Shown: one piece after another, positions 17,945 through 26,305 of the stretch | How positions within the stretch are numbered: the first letter of the stretch is position 1 | Layout: each line of letters begins with the position of its first letter | Assembly: GCA_943789275.1 (NCBI GenBank) | Contig: CALSTM010000002.1 | Coordinates: forward strand, 450,001 to 482,000 | Length of the DNA stretch: 32,000 nucleotides | Direction of reading: 5' to 3' | Origin: Candidatus Poseidoniaceae archaeon | GTDB lineage: Archaea > Thermoplasmatota > Poseidoniia > Poseidoniales > Poseidoniaceae | The notes under the pieces: generated by a model | The model's input: only the letters and a program-made list of their open reading frames with translations | Told to the model about the DNA's origin: nothing | Databases searched by the model: none | Made by a program: the position numbers and the translations under genes

Positions 17945-20119
17945 ATGAAAGCGACAATGTCGAGTTTCGATCTTCGTGCAGTAGCCCGAGAATTGAATGC
18001 TTTCGCAGGGGCTTATGTCAAAAAAGCATACATGCCCCATTACGAGCAAATTGTTTTGAGAATCAATCCTAAAGAAATGGACCAATTCGATCTCGTATTG
18101 GTGCGAGGCGCCCGTATCTACACTTCGAACCGTGACCGCCCAATGCCGATGACACCCCCTCCGTTTGCGATGGTTTTGAGAAAGCACTTGAAAAATGCAC
18201 GAATGACGGGGGTGCGGCAACTCGGCTTTGACCGTGTTCTCTGTTTTGATTTTGACACCAAGTTTGGTCAGTATCACCTTTATGTGGAAGTGTTCAGAGA
18301 CGGTAACATCATTCTCACCGATGAAGAGGGCATCATTATTCAACCTCTCACACACGCTTCATACGCTGGAAGAACTCTGAAAAAAGGCGTTGCCTACATC
18401 CCACCTCCTGCTGCGATGGATCCTCACACAATCAATCAAAAAGATCTCACTAAAATGTTCCAATCCTCTGACAGAGACCTTGTTTCTACACTCGGAGGAA
18501 AAGTCAATCTTGGAGGGACGCATGCAAACGCCGTATGTTCTCTTGCCGGCTATGAAGCCAACATTGACACCCAGGAAGTAGATGCTGGAAAGATACATGA
18601 GGCACTTCACTCGCTCCTCAACGACTTGGCAGAAACCCGTGTAGGTTATCTGTTGTTAAAACCAACATCTGAGGAATCCGTCTCGGAACTTGAAGACAAG
18701 GCACTGAGCCACACTCCAAACGGTGATAGAGACCGATTCTATGAAAAACACGCAAGTGAAGCCACGCCAACTCTTTTACCAAGCCATCAGAATTTGGCCA
18801 AGGCATCGTTTCCATCTCTGTGCCATGCAGTTGATGCCTGGAAAGGGGCGCACGATGCAATGGCACTCGCTCGAAGAGAGGCTGAAAAACTGGACATCGC
18901 TGCACCTGGCCGCGGTCATTCCACCGATGTGGAGCGTTTGGAACGACGGAAAGCGCAACAAGAAAAAGCACTTGAGGGCTTTTCTGTAAAAATCGAGAAG
19001 CAACAAATGCTTGGACATACCATTCAAAACAATTGGACGCACATCGAAAGTTTACTACGCCAAATTTTTGATGCCGTTGAAGAAAGGGGCTGGAGTCAAG
19101 TCAAAAAGGATTCAAAACAAATCCCGTGGATCGTTTCTCTTCATCCAGCACAACGAACTTTTGTGACGATTCTTCCCGATGAAGACGGTCAACCCAAAGG
19201 ACCGCAAGCGACGCTTTCTCTTGACGAAACGGTTCATCAAAATGCTCAACGTCACTTTGAGGCTGCTCGCAAACAAAAAGACAAGACATCGGGGGCTGTT
19301 CAAGCATTGGAAGACACGGTTTTGCATTTGCAACGCGCCGTGAAAAAGGAAGCAAAACAGCAAGCAAGTGGAAAACTCAACAAGGTAAAGCGAAGTAAGC
19401 GCTTGTGGTTTGAAAACCATCGGTGGAGCATGCTGACTGGAGGGCATTTACTGGTTGGTGGAAGAGACGCAAAAGGCAACGATTCCATCGTCAAAAAGCA
19501 TCTTTCAGGTGCCGACATGTACCTTCACGCTGACTTGCATGGAGCACCAAGTTGCAGTCTTCGGGCCACGCAAGGTTTTGCTGTCGATCAGCATAAACCG
19601 GCTCATATTCCAGAAGATGTTCCAGCATTCCGACTTATTGACAAACTCGGCGATGAGCGTATAACCACTGAAAAATTGGAAGAAGCTGCCACACTTGCTC
19701 TCTGTTGGAGCCGTGCATGGGCTGGTGGAGGCGCTCATGGCACTGTTTATTCCGTGAAACCCGCTCAAGTCTCCAAAACCGCACAAACTGGAGAATACGT
19801 TGGAAAAGGTTCGTTCATTGTACGTGGACAACGGCAATGGTTCAAGGATTTGGATGTTCAGATGGGTATTGGCATCGTCGCCATTAACGGCGTCCCCCTG
19901 CTCATGGGTGGATTGCCCGAGACCATTCGCTCACTGTGTCAAAGATTTGCTATCCTTCGACCCGGCATCACGAAAAAAGAGCAACTTGCCAACCGAATTT
20001 ACAAAAACACTGGACTCATGACCGATGATGTCCTTCCCGTACTTCCAGGTGCTGCTGAGATTATCGAAGATTACGGAATATTCAGCCCGGCTAAGTCAAG
20101 AAGTTCAGAAGAAGAATGA
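17945..20119 (+). CDS. NFACT-family protein (FbpA/Rqc2/NEMF homologue; ribosome quality control)
   Basis: The NFACT-N region has MSSFDLRAVARELN and LGFDRVLCFDF (DR motif). A coiled-coil middle region follows. The NFACT-R/DUF814 region is WFENHRWSMLTGGHLLVGGRDAKGNDSIVKKHLSGADMYLHADLHGAPSC. The track start is TTG 17927. ATG 17945 (MKATMSSFDL) is preferred. Confidence 0.8.
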   Translation: MKATMSSFDLRAVARELNAFAGAYVKKAYMPHYEQIVLRINPKEMDQFDLVLVRGARIYTSNRDRPMPMTPPPFAMVLRKHLKNARMTGVRQLGFDRVLCFDFDTKFGQYHLYVEVFRDGNIILTDEEGIIIQPLTHASYAGRTLKKGVAYIPPPAAMDPHTINQKDLTKMFQSSDRDLVSTLGGKVNLGGTHANAVCSLAGYEANIDTQEVDAGKIHEALHSLLNDLAETRVGYLLLKPTSEESVSELEDKALSHTPNGDRDRFYEKHASEATPTLLPSHQNLAKASFPSLCHAVDAWKGAHDAMALARREAEKLDIAAPGRGHSTDVERLERRKAQQEKALEGFSVKIEKQQMLGHTIQNNWTHIESLLRQIFDAVEERGWSQVKKDSKQIPWIVSLHPAQRTFVTILPDEDGQPKGPQATLSLDETVHQNAQRHFEAARKQKDKTSGAVQALEDTVLHLQRAVKKEAKQQASGKLNKVKRSKRLWFENHRWSMLTGGHLLVGGRDAKGNDSIVKKHLSGADMYLHADLHGAPSCSLRATQGFAVDQHKPAHIPEDVPAFRLIDKLGDERITTEKLEEAATLALCWSRAWAGGGAHGTVYSVKPAQVSKTAQTGEYVGKGSFIVRGQRQWFKDLDVQMGIGIVAINGVPLLMGGLPETIRSLCQRFAILRPGITKKEQLANRIYKNTGLMTDDVLPVLPGAAEIIEDYGIFSPAKSRSSEEE

Positions 20120-20120
20120 T

Positions 20121-21752
20121 TCATTTCTTCTTTCCGCCGCTGTAGCCGCCGCTTTTGTTGCCGTAGCCGCCAGATGATTTCTTGCCGCCATGGTAGCCTT
20201 TGCTCGAACTCTTGCTTGGTTTGTAGTTTTGACCTCGAGATTCGCCTCGATAGGAGTCGCTGTTACCACTTCTGCCACCGCTGGATTTGCCACCACGGTA
20301 TCCACCGCCGCCGCCGCGACCACCGCCGCCACCGCCACGGTATCCACCGCCGCCGCCACGACCACCGCCGCCACCGCCACGGTATCCACCGCCGCCACGA
20401 CCACCGCCGCCACCACGACCACCGCCGCCACCGCCACGGTATCCACCGCCACCGCCACGACCACCGCCGCCACCGCCACGGTATCCGCCACCGCCACGAC
20501 CTCCGCCGCCACCGTTTCGGGAACCGTAATGTCCACCACGGCCACCTGAATCGCCACGGTTTGACCGCTGTCTGCGATCAGCTGCGATGTATTCGACTTC
20601 AAATTCAGGAAGTGCGGAAAATTCAGGTGGTTCAAAATCTACACGGATTCCAACATCACGTTGGATTCGTCCGTATTGCTTCTTCTGAGGTTTTTGGACA
20701 AGAGAAATCACGATACCCGTATTTCCGCCCCGAGCAGTTCGTCCGCTTCGGTGCTTGTACGCTTTACCGTTTTCAGGAGGGTCATAATGAATCACACAGT
20801 TGACGCCTTCAACATCTATTCCACGAGCAGCGACATCGGTTGCTATCAAGGCCATGCATTCTCCATGTTGGAAGCGTTTCATTGCACTGTCTCGTTGTCG
20901 TTGTGAAAGACCACCGTGGAGCGTTTCAATTGCCATACCGTCGAATTGCATCTCATCTCCAACTCGGTCTACACCGTTTCTGGTTCGGCAGAAAATAATG
21001 GTGCGTCCACACTTCCGAATGATTTCCGAGGAAATCGTTGACTTTTTCGAGTTCGGCATCAACCAAAAGTAGTGCGTCATGCTTTCCATGGTCACTTCTT
21101 TAGGCCCTACTTCGATGGTCACTGGGTCGGTTTGATAATCGCGAACGAGATCTGCAACTTCATCATCGAGAGTGGCACTGAAAAGAATGGTTTGTCGGTC
21201 CTTTTTACAGCGGTCAAGAATCTTACAAACGGGTTCCATGAAACCCATATCTGCCATTCTGTCTGCCTCGTCAAGCACAACAATACCGACATCATCCAAT
21301 GAGACTGCTCCACGGTCCATCATGTCAATCAGGCGTCCTGGGCAAGCGACCAAGACATCAATACCCCGCTCAAGTGCACGGTATTGCTTATTGTAGGAAC
21401 TACCACCGTACATGGCTTGAACATAAAGTTGCAATTCATAGGCAAGAGGATCGAGTACATTGAAGATTTGTTCTGCTAATTCTCGGGTAGGTGTAAGAAT
21501 CAGTGAAGTTGGGCGGCTGGGTTCTGCTTCCTCGGTCATTGCCAAAAGAGGCAGACCGAAAGCAAGTGTCTTGCCAGAGCCCGTAGGTGCACGGCAACAA
21601 ACATCTCTTCCTAACATGGCATCGGGAATGGATTCTTTTTGAACTTCGAACGGCTCAACAATGCCTTGTTGCTTGAGGGCATCGACCAAAAGTGGCTCAA
21701 TTCCAAGATCTGCGAACGATACCATCGGCTTACCCCAACTGGAGGCCGTCAT
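20121..21752 (-). CDS. DEAD-box ATP-dependent RNA helicase with a ~150-aa Gly/Arg/Tyr-rich (RGG-type) C-terminal tail
   Basis: Motifs: Q-motif region FADLGI; motif I APTGSGKT; motif Ia PTRELA; motif II VLDEAD; motif III SAT; motif VI HRSGRTARGG. The tail starts near aa 392. An alternative start is ATG 21725 (MVSFADLGI). Confidence 0.9.
   Translation of the reverse strand: MTASSWGKPMVSFADLGIEPLLVDALKQQGIVEPFEVQKESIPDAMLGRDVCCRAPTGSGKTLAFGLPLLAMTEEAEPSRPTSLILTPTRELAEQIFNVLDPLAYELQLYVQAMYGGSSYNKQYRALERGIDVLVACPGRLIDMMDRGAVSLDDVGIVVLDEADRMADMGFMEPVCKILDRCKKDRQTILFSATLDDEVADLVRDYQTDPVTIEVGPKEVTMESMTHYFWLMPNSKKSTISSEIIRKCGRTIIFCRTRNGVDRVGDEMQFDGMAIETLHGGLSQRQRDSAMKRFQHGECMALIATDVAARGIDVEGVNCVIHYDPPENGKAYKHRSGRTARGGNTGIVISLVQKPQKKQYGRIQRDVGIRVDFEPPEFSALPEFEVEYIAADRRQRSNRGDSGGRGGHYGSRNGGGGGRGGGGYRGGGGGGRGGGGGYRGGGGGGRGGGGGRGGGGYRGGGGGGRGGGGGYRGGGGGGRGGGGGYRGGKSSGGRSGNSDSYRGESRGQNYKPSKSSSKGYHGGKKSSGGYGNKSGGYSGGKKK
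20289..20516 (-). repeat. in-frame tandem repeat, ~42-nt period, encoding (GGGGGYRGGGGGGR)n in the helicase tail
   Basis: The plus strand shows five to six near-identical units, ccacggtatccaccgccgccgccacgaccaccgccgccaccg. The protein reads RGGGGYRGGGGGGRGGGGGYRGGGGGGRGGGGGRGGGGYRGGGGGGRGGGGGYRGGGGGGRGGGGGYRGG. Confidence 0.9.
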
Positions 21753-21800
21753 CCGGCCCTATTTGATACCACCAGTCGGAAATGTCGCTGTTTTGTGGAC

Positions 21801-23006
21801 TCAAGAGTCCCTGGTTTGGCGCCGAATAAGCATGGCTACGGCGTTGCCGCCACCTAAACACAGGGTAACAATACCTGATTTTGCGTCGCAGCGGCGCATG
21901 ACGCCGAGCATCGTGATGAGACAGCGGGTTCCGCTTGAACCAAGTGGATGGCCAAGGCTAACTGCACCGCCGTGGAGATTGAATCGGTCTTCTGGAATCT
22001 TCAGTTCTTGAGCAACCGCGCATGATGCAGATGCAAACGCCTCGTTATGTTCGTAAATGTCGACATCCAATACATCCAGTTGATTCCTTTCCAAGAGCAT
22101 TTGAACAGCCGGAATAGGGGCGCTCATCACGCGCTCAGGCGCAACGCCACTTGTGCAGTAGTCGTCAACATAGGCGATAATATCCCAACCTTGTTGTTCT
22201 GCAAAGTCTGCATTTGCCAAAACAACTGCACTGGCACCGTCGTTCAATGTGCTTGCATTACCAGCTGTAACTTGACCGTCTTTTTGGAACACTGGACGAA
22301 GACCGGAAAGAGAGTCCACATCCGTTTGTGGCCGAACACCTTCGTCTTTGGAGAACACAACTGAAGGGCCACGACGTTGTGGTATCTCAACAGGGAAGAG
22401 TTCCCAATCAAACCAACCTTCTGCTTGTGCTTGGGATGCCAGACGGTGGCTTCGTGCGGCGAATGCATCGGATTGGTTTCGAGTAATCGAGCATTCCTTT
22501 GCCACTGTTTCACCGGTGTTGCCCATGTGTACGTCGTTATAGCCGTCCCAAAGTCCATCATGAATCATGGAATCAACGAGGGTCGAATTACCCATTTTTG
22601 CCCCTTTGCGGTGGTTCATCAAAAGGTGAGGTGCGTTCGACATGCTTTCCATCCCACCTGCAATGATGACGTTGTACTCCCCTGCACGGATACTGTTTGC
22701 TCCAATCATGGCAGCCTTGAGTGAACTCCCACATACTTTGTTGATGGTCACGCAAGGAGTTGTCACAGGTAATCCTGCTCCAAGAGCAACTTGGCGCGCC
22801 GGGTTTTGACCGGCTCCTGCTTGCAAGACTTGCCCGAAAATAACCTCCTCGACAAGGCCCTGGGAAGGATCGATTCCTACTCTTTTACAGACCTCTTCAA
22901 CAGCCAATACACCCAAGTCTACAGCTTTCATGCCCGAAAGAGCGCCCATAAATTTGCCGATTGGTGTGCGAGCCACACCGCAGATTGCAACTTTTGGTTT
23001 GCTCAT
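21801..23006 (-). CDS. acetyl-CoA C-acetyltransferase (thiolase II type)
   Basis: Motifs: MSKPKVAICGVARTPIGKFMG; active-site Cys in INKVCGSSLKA; NEAFA; GGAVSLGHPLGSSG; CLGGGNAVAM. The track ORF extends to 23303, but those 99 extra residues are non-homologous and overlap rph. ATG 23006 gives a typical 401 aa. ATG 23054 is an alternative start. Confidence 0.88.
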   Translation of the reverse strand: MSKPKVAICGVARTPIGKFMGALSGMKAVDLGVLAVEEVCKRVGIDPSQGLVEEVIFGQVLQAGAGQNPARQVALGAGLPVTTPCVTINKVCGSSLKAAMIGANSIRAGEYNVIIAGGMESMSNAPHLLMNHRKGAKMGNSTLVDSMIHDGLWDGYNDVHMGNTGETVAKECSITRNQSDAFAARSHRLASQAQAEGWFDWELFPVEIPQRRGPSVVFSKDEGVRPQTDVDSLSGLRPVFQKDGQVTAGNASTLNDGASAVVLANADFAEQQGWDIIAYVDDYCTSGVAPERVMSAPIPAVQMLLERNQLDVLDVDIYEHNEAFASASCAVAQELKIPEDRFNLHGGAVSLGHPLGSSGTRCLITMLGVMRRCDAKSGIVTLCLGGGNAVAMLIRRQTRDS

Positions 23007-23102
23007 ACCGTTCCGAATACCGTCGTATTCTTCAATGTGCGCGCCTCTCTCCATGGGCTTGACCAAGAGAAGACTTGATGAACAGAAGGTACTGGCCGTT
23101 GT

Positions 23103-23927
23103 ATGGCGAAATTCAAGACCGAGTTTAGTACCGAGCGAGAAGCAAACGAAATGCGACATGTGGAAGTTGAAATTGATTTCACACCGAATGCGCTGGCATC
23201 CATTCTTTACCGACAAGGTGACACCGTTATTCTGGCATGCTGCACCAAAGAAGCACGGCTTCCCGGATGGTTCCCTCGTGACTCGAACAAGGGCTGGGTT
23301 CACGCTGAATATTCGCTGCTTCCGGGTTCAACTGATTCTCGTTTCCGTCGAGAGCGACGCGGTGCAAAAGGTCGCACACAAGAGATTGAACGTCTGATTG
23401 CTCGCTCTCTTCGAGCAGCGGTTGACCTTGAGGCTCTCGGACCTGTTGCGCTCAATGTCGATTGTGATGTACTCAACGCAGACGGCGGTACTCGATGCGC
23501 CTCGATTACGGCGGCAAACATTGCGTTGCGGCTTGCTGTACGACGGTTGATTGCCCAAGGTCAATGCCTCCCACTCGACATGCGCCCAACAGAAGACCAG
23601 CGGAAATCCGGTTGGACTGCGCCTTCACTCTCGGAAACGGAGCGAGCGAACCACGAAAATGCAGTTATTCCTCACGATTTAGCTGCTATTTCTGTCGGAC
23701 TTATCAACGGCGAAGTCTACTTGGATCTGGATTACATTCTCGATTCCAACGCGGATGTCGACATGAACGTCGTCAAGACTGCAGACGGAAAATACGTCGA
23801 GATTCAAGGTACTGGCGAAGAATCAACGTTCTCAGGTGATGAACTTATTGCGCTTCTTGCACGAGCAGACGGAGGGATTGACGCCTTGTTTGAAGCTCAA
23901 AAAGCAATTCTTGACGGTATTGAATGA
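23103..23927 (+). CDS. rph: ribonuclease PH (bacterial Rph type) with an internal ~35-aa insertion
   Basis: GWVHAEYSLLPGSTDSR, GRTQEIERLIARSLRAAVDLEALG, DCDVLNADGGTRCASITAA, ISVGLINGEVYLDLDY and DMNVVKTADGKYVEIQGTGE align closely, from memory, with E. coli Rph. Confidence 0.88.
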   Translation: MAKFKTEFSTEREANEMRHVEVEIDFTPNALASILYRQGDTVILACCTKEARLPGWFPRDSNKGWVHAEYSLLPGSTDSRFRRERRGAKGRTQEIERLIARSLRAAVDLEALGPVALNVDCDVLNADGGTRCASITAANIALRLAVRRLIAQGQCLPLDMRPTEDQRKSGWTAPSLSETERANHENAVIPHDLAAISVGLINGEVYLDLDYILDSNADVDMNVVKTADGKYVEIQGTGEESTFSGDELIALLARADGGIDALFEAQKAILDGIE

Positions 23928-24000
23928 ACTTCGACCGCTAAATCGTCCAGCATTGTTTGGCGAAAGGCTTGATATGGCAGGGGTTCTCGCCGAACTGCAC

Positions 24001-24073
24001 GGGTCAGTAGCTTAGTTGGGAGAGCGCGGCACTGAAGATGCCGAGGTCGCTGGTTCAAGTCCGGCCTGACCCA
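24001..24073 (+). tRNA. tRNA-Phe (anticodon GAA), CCA not encoded
   Basis: Folded by hand. The acceptor stem is GGGTCAG/CTGACCC. The D arm is GCTT-AGTTGGGA-GAGC. The anticodon stem is CGGCA/TGCCG, with loop CTGAAGA. The variable region is AGGTC. The T arm is GCTGG-TTCAAGT-CCGGC. The discriminator is A. Confidence 0.88.
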
Positions 24074-24184
24074 CCTCAACTCCAACTGCGAAAGCTTTGT
24101 GTTCTTCAGTTCGAACCGTTTCTACAATTCTCCTCAATTCTTTTTCATCGTTGGGTTCATGTGCTAGGTCCCTTTGCTAACCTC

Positions 24185-26293
24185 ATGGGCGAAGGGCGCG
24201 GTGATTCTCATGATGAAGCCGACCATGTCGACCATGAAACAAAAGCCCGAAATAAAATCACCAAAGAATTGGTTGAAATCCGTAATCGTAGGAGCGGAGA
24301 CGTCAAGCAGAATCTCCTCGCAAAGAAGGAAAATTTCGTCTTAGCCGCTGGTATTATTTACACCCTCCTCTATATATTGCTCATCTTTGGAATGACCTCA
24401 GGGGCACTTGGAAACTCGACGACGATTGATCACTCGGCATCGAAGACATTCCTCGACATCGGCGGAGAATGCGACGAGATTACCGATGAACCATGGATTC
24501 TTATTTTCCCGAATGAAGATGAAGGGCGATTCTCAATGTACGGCTACAACCTCCCCACCGGGCATGCCGTAGGCACCTATACGATTAACCATCTTGAGGA
24601 CGGCGTACATGAAATCGAATCTTGGACAAATTCTTCTAACATATACATCCCACCTGAAGGCCGAACCAATGGGTGGTACTACTCTGCCCCATTCGAAGAT
24701 TTGGATGAAGGCCATTACGAACTGAATTATTCTATTTCGGTCTACAACCAGTCCAACCTCTCTACCGCCAGCATTGTTGAAGGCGGGGAGGAAATTTCTA
24801 AATCCGTTGAATTTGAACTGGACATCTCGAAGCAAACATTTGCGTTCCTTCCATTTGTCGACTCTGAAAAGAAACATCAAGTCCGCTTGACCGATACTGG
24901 CGCTCGCTCATGCTGGGGGGTTCAAGACTTAGGAAACTGGGGATACATCCTCATCGGTGCCGAATTAGGCGGTGGACGTGAAACCGCAATGCTCACCGGT
25001 GGCGCAGCAGGCATCCCGGCTTGGTGGATGGCTTTTTCTTCACTTTCCCTTTCCGCAATCTCCCTTCTCATTATCTATCCACTAATGTACAAAGTCTACC
25101 ACCAAGACAGCGATGATATTCTCTCGAGAACCCACATCTCTCAACTCGTGGAAGATTCTGTTATTAAAACAGCAAAGCGGCTGAACATCGACATCGACTG
25201 GGAATTGTACAAAATAGAACCGCGAGACCTTTCGATTGACATCATGGTCCCCTACAAAAACACGGAATCAACGCTCTCAGACAGTAAAGATGTACGTGCA
25301 GAAGTGCTTCGTGAAGTTCTAGAAGAGTTCGCAATCTTCCGAGTATTCAAACCCGTTCAACTCACCGTGCGGACCATTGGCGTGAACCAAGCCATTGATT
25401 TTGAATCTGGCGTGGGCATTGGAACATCTGCAGAAATGGAAGACGATAGTGAGCAGAATTACACCGACTTCTTTTCCGAACTCCACACACTCTCGAGGGT
25501 TGAAGACGAAGTTCGTGAGAGTCTTGAGTTGTTCTTTGCGCGCCGACCAAACCTCAAGATGGAAGCAGCGGTCGTAACAAGCGATGACAGAGTCATCTTT
25601 GTATCCGTCATCTATCGGCCAACGCAACGATTTGCTTTCTTCAGATTTAAGAAAACTCGAGATGAAGTACAGACGGAGCTGCATCGTTTTATCTCAACAC
25701 GAAATGCAGACTTGTTAGGCTCGCAAGAACTTATCGTCAAAGGGCGAAATCAAATCTCAACACTCTCGGACCGCGCCGGTGCAGGGCGTGTCGAACGTGA
25801 TCTCAAGAACGACCAGCGAATTGTTGCTGTGGCAAAGCAAGACGGTTTCGGTGGCAAAATGTTGCAAACGAAATTCCTCGGCAATACGCTATCAACTGTT
25901 GAATACATGGCCAATGAGAAGCGTGAAATGATTAACAAATGGGGATTCTGGGGACTGATTGTCTTCGTATGGATTCCGTTCATGGCATCCGGTGTATTGG
26001 TCGGCGCCATGCTTGGTCTGTTGTCTCGAATGAACTTCACTCGAGTTCTTTCAGCCACGATTATTGGCGGTTCAATCGCCTCAGTCACTTGGGCATACAC
26101 TGCCGAAGGTATTGTGAAGTTCATGCACCAATACAAACTGGAAGCTGTTATTCCACTGATTATCATCGTCTTTGTAGGAGCCGCATTCCTTCACATTCGT
26201 TCAACAAAGATGCGACGTCAAACTGAATTGTTTGAAGACACATTACTTGACAACTTCCACGCAAACATCCAAGCCAAGTACGGTGAACAGTGA
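24185..26293 (+). CDS. large polytopic membrane protein (hypothetical); C-terminal TM bundle resembles the small multidrug export (PF06695-like) family
   Basis: The track ORF starts at 24038, inside tRNA-Phe. The first ATG clear of the tRNA is 24185 (MGEGRGDSHDE...). Layout: TM1 FVLAAGIIYTLLYILLIFG; a ~200-aa N/S/T-rich probable exo-domain; TM IPAWWMAFSSLSLSAISLLIIYPLMY; a ~290-aa soluble region; and C-terminal TMs WGFWGLIVFVWIPFMASGVLVGAMLGLL, ATIIGGSIASVTWAY and AVIPLIIIVFVGAAFL. The family call is from memory and weak. Confidence 0.65.
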   Translation: MGEGRGDSHDEADHVDHETKARNKITKELVEIRNRRSGDVKQNLLAKKENFVLAAGIIYTLLYILLIFGMTSGALGNSTTIDHSASKTFLDIGGECDEITDEPWILIFPNEDEGRFSMYGYNLPTGHAVGTYTINHLEDGVHEIESWTNSSNIYIPPEGRTNGWYYSAPFEDLDEGHYELNYSISVYNQSNLSTASIVEGGEEISKSVEFELDISKQTFAFLPFVDSEKKHQVRLTDTGARSCWGVQDLGNWGYILIGAELGGGRETAMLTGGAAGIPAWWMAFSSLSLSAISLLIIYPLMYKVYHQDSDDILSRTHISQLVEDSVIKTAKRLNIDIDWELYKIEPRDLSIDIMVPYKNTESTLSDSKDVRAEVLREVLEEFAIFRVFKPVQLTVRTIGVNQAIDFESGVGIGTSAEMEDDSEQNYTDFFSELHTLSRVEDEVRESLELFFARRPNLKMEAAVVTSDDRVIFVSVIYRPTQRFAFFRFKKTRDEVQTELHRFISTRNADLLGSQELIVKGRNQISTLSDRAGAGRVERDLKNDQRIVAVAKQDGFGGKMLQTKFLGNTLSTVEYMANEKREMINKWGFWGLIVFVWIPFMASGVLVGAMLGLLSRMNFTRVLSATIIGGSIASVTWAYTAEGIVKFMHQYKLEAVIPLIIIVFVGAAFLHIRSTKMRRQTELFEDTLLDNFHANIQAKYGEQ

Positions 26294-26305
26294 AGGTGTG
26301 TCAAC

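Noticed and set aside
20105-20803. Track ORFs encoding poly-Pro/Arg (20287..20529 +), poly-Ala/Val/Thr (20105..20635 -, 20190..20549 +) and His/Arg-rich (20174..20803 +) peptides
   Set aside because: These are alternative-frame or antisense readings of the GGN-rich helicase tail repeat. The helicase frame is continuous with a complete DEAD-box core.
23007-23303. N-terminal 99-aa extension of the thiolase ORF (track start 23303)
   Set aside because: It has no thiolase similarity and overlaps the rph coding region on the other strand. A canonical thiolase N-terminus starts at ATG 23006.
24001-26293. Integrated mobile element or island at tRNA-Phe (and likewise at tRNA-Gln)
   Set aside because: There is no integrase, transposase or phage gene. 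I noticed no direct repeat of the tRNA 3' end, and the flanking genes are housekeeping. A formal repeat search would still be needed to exclude a degraded att site.
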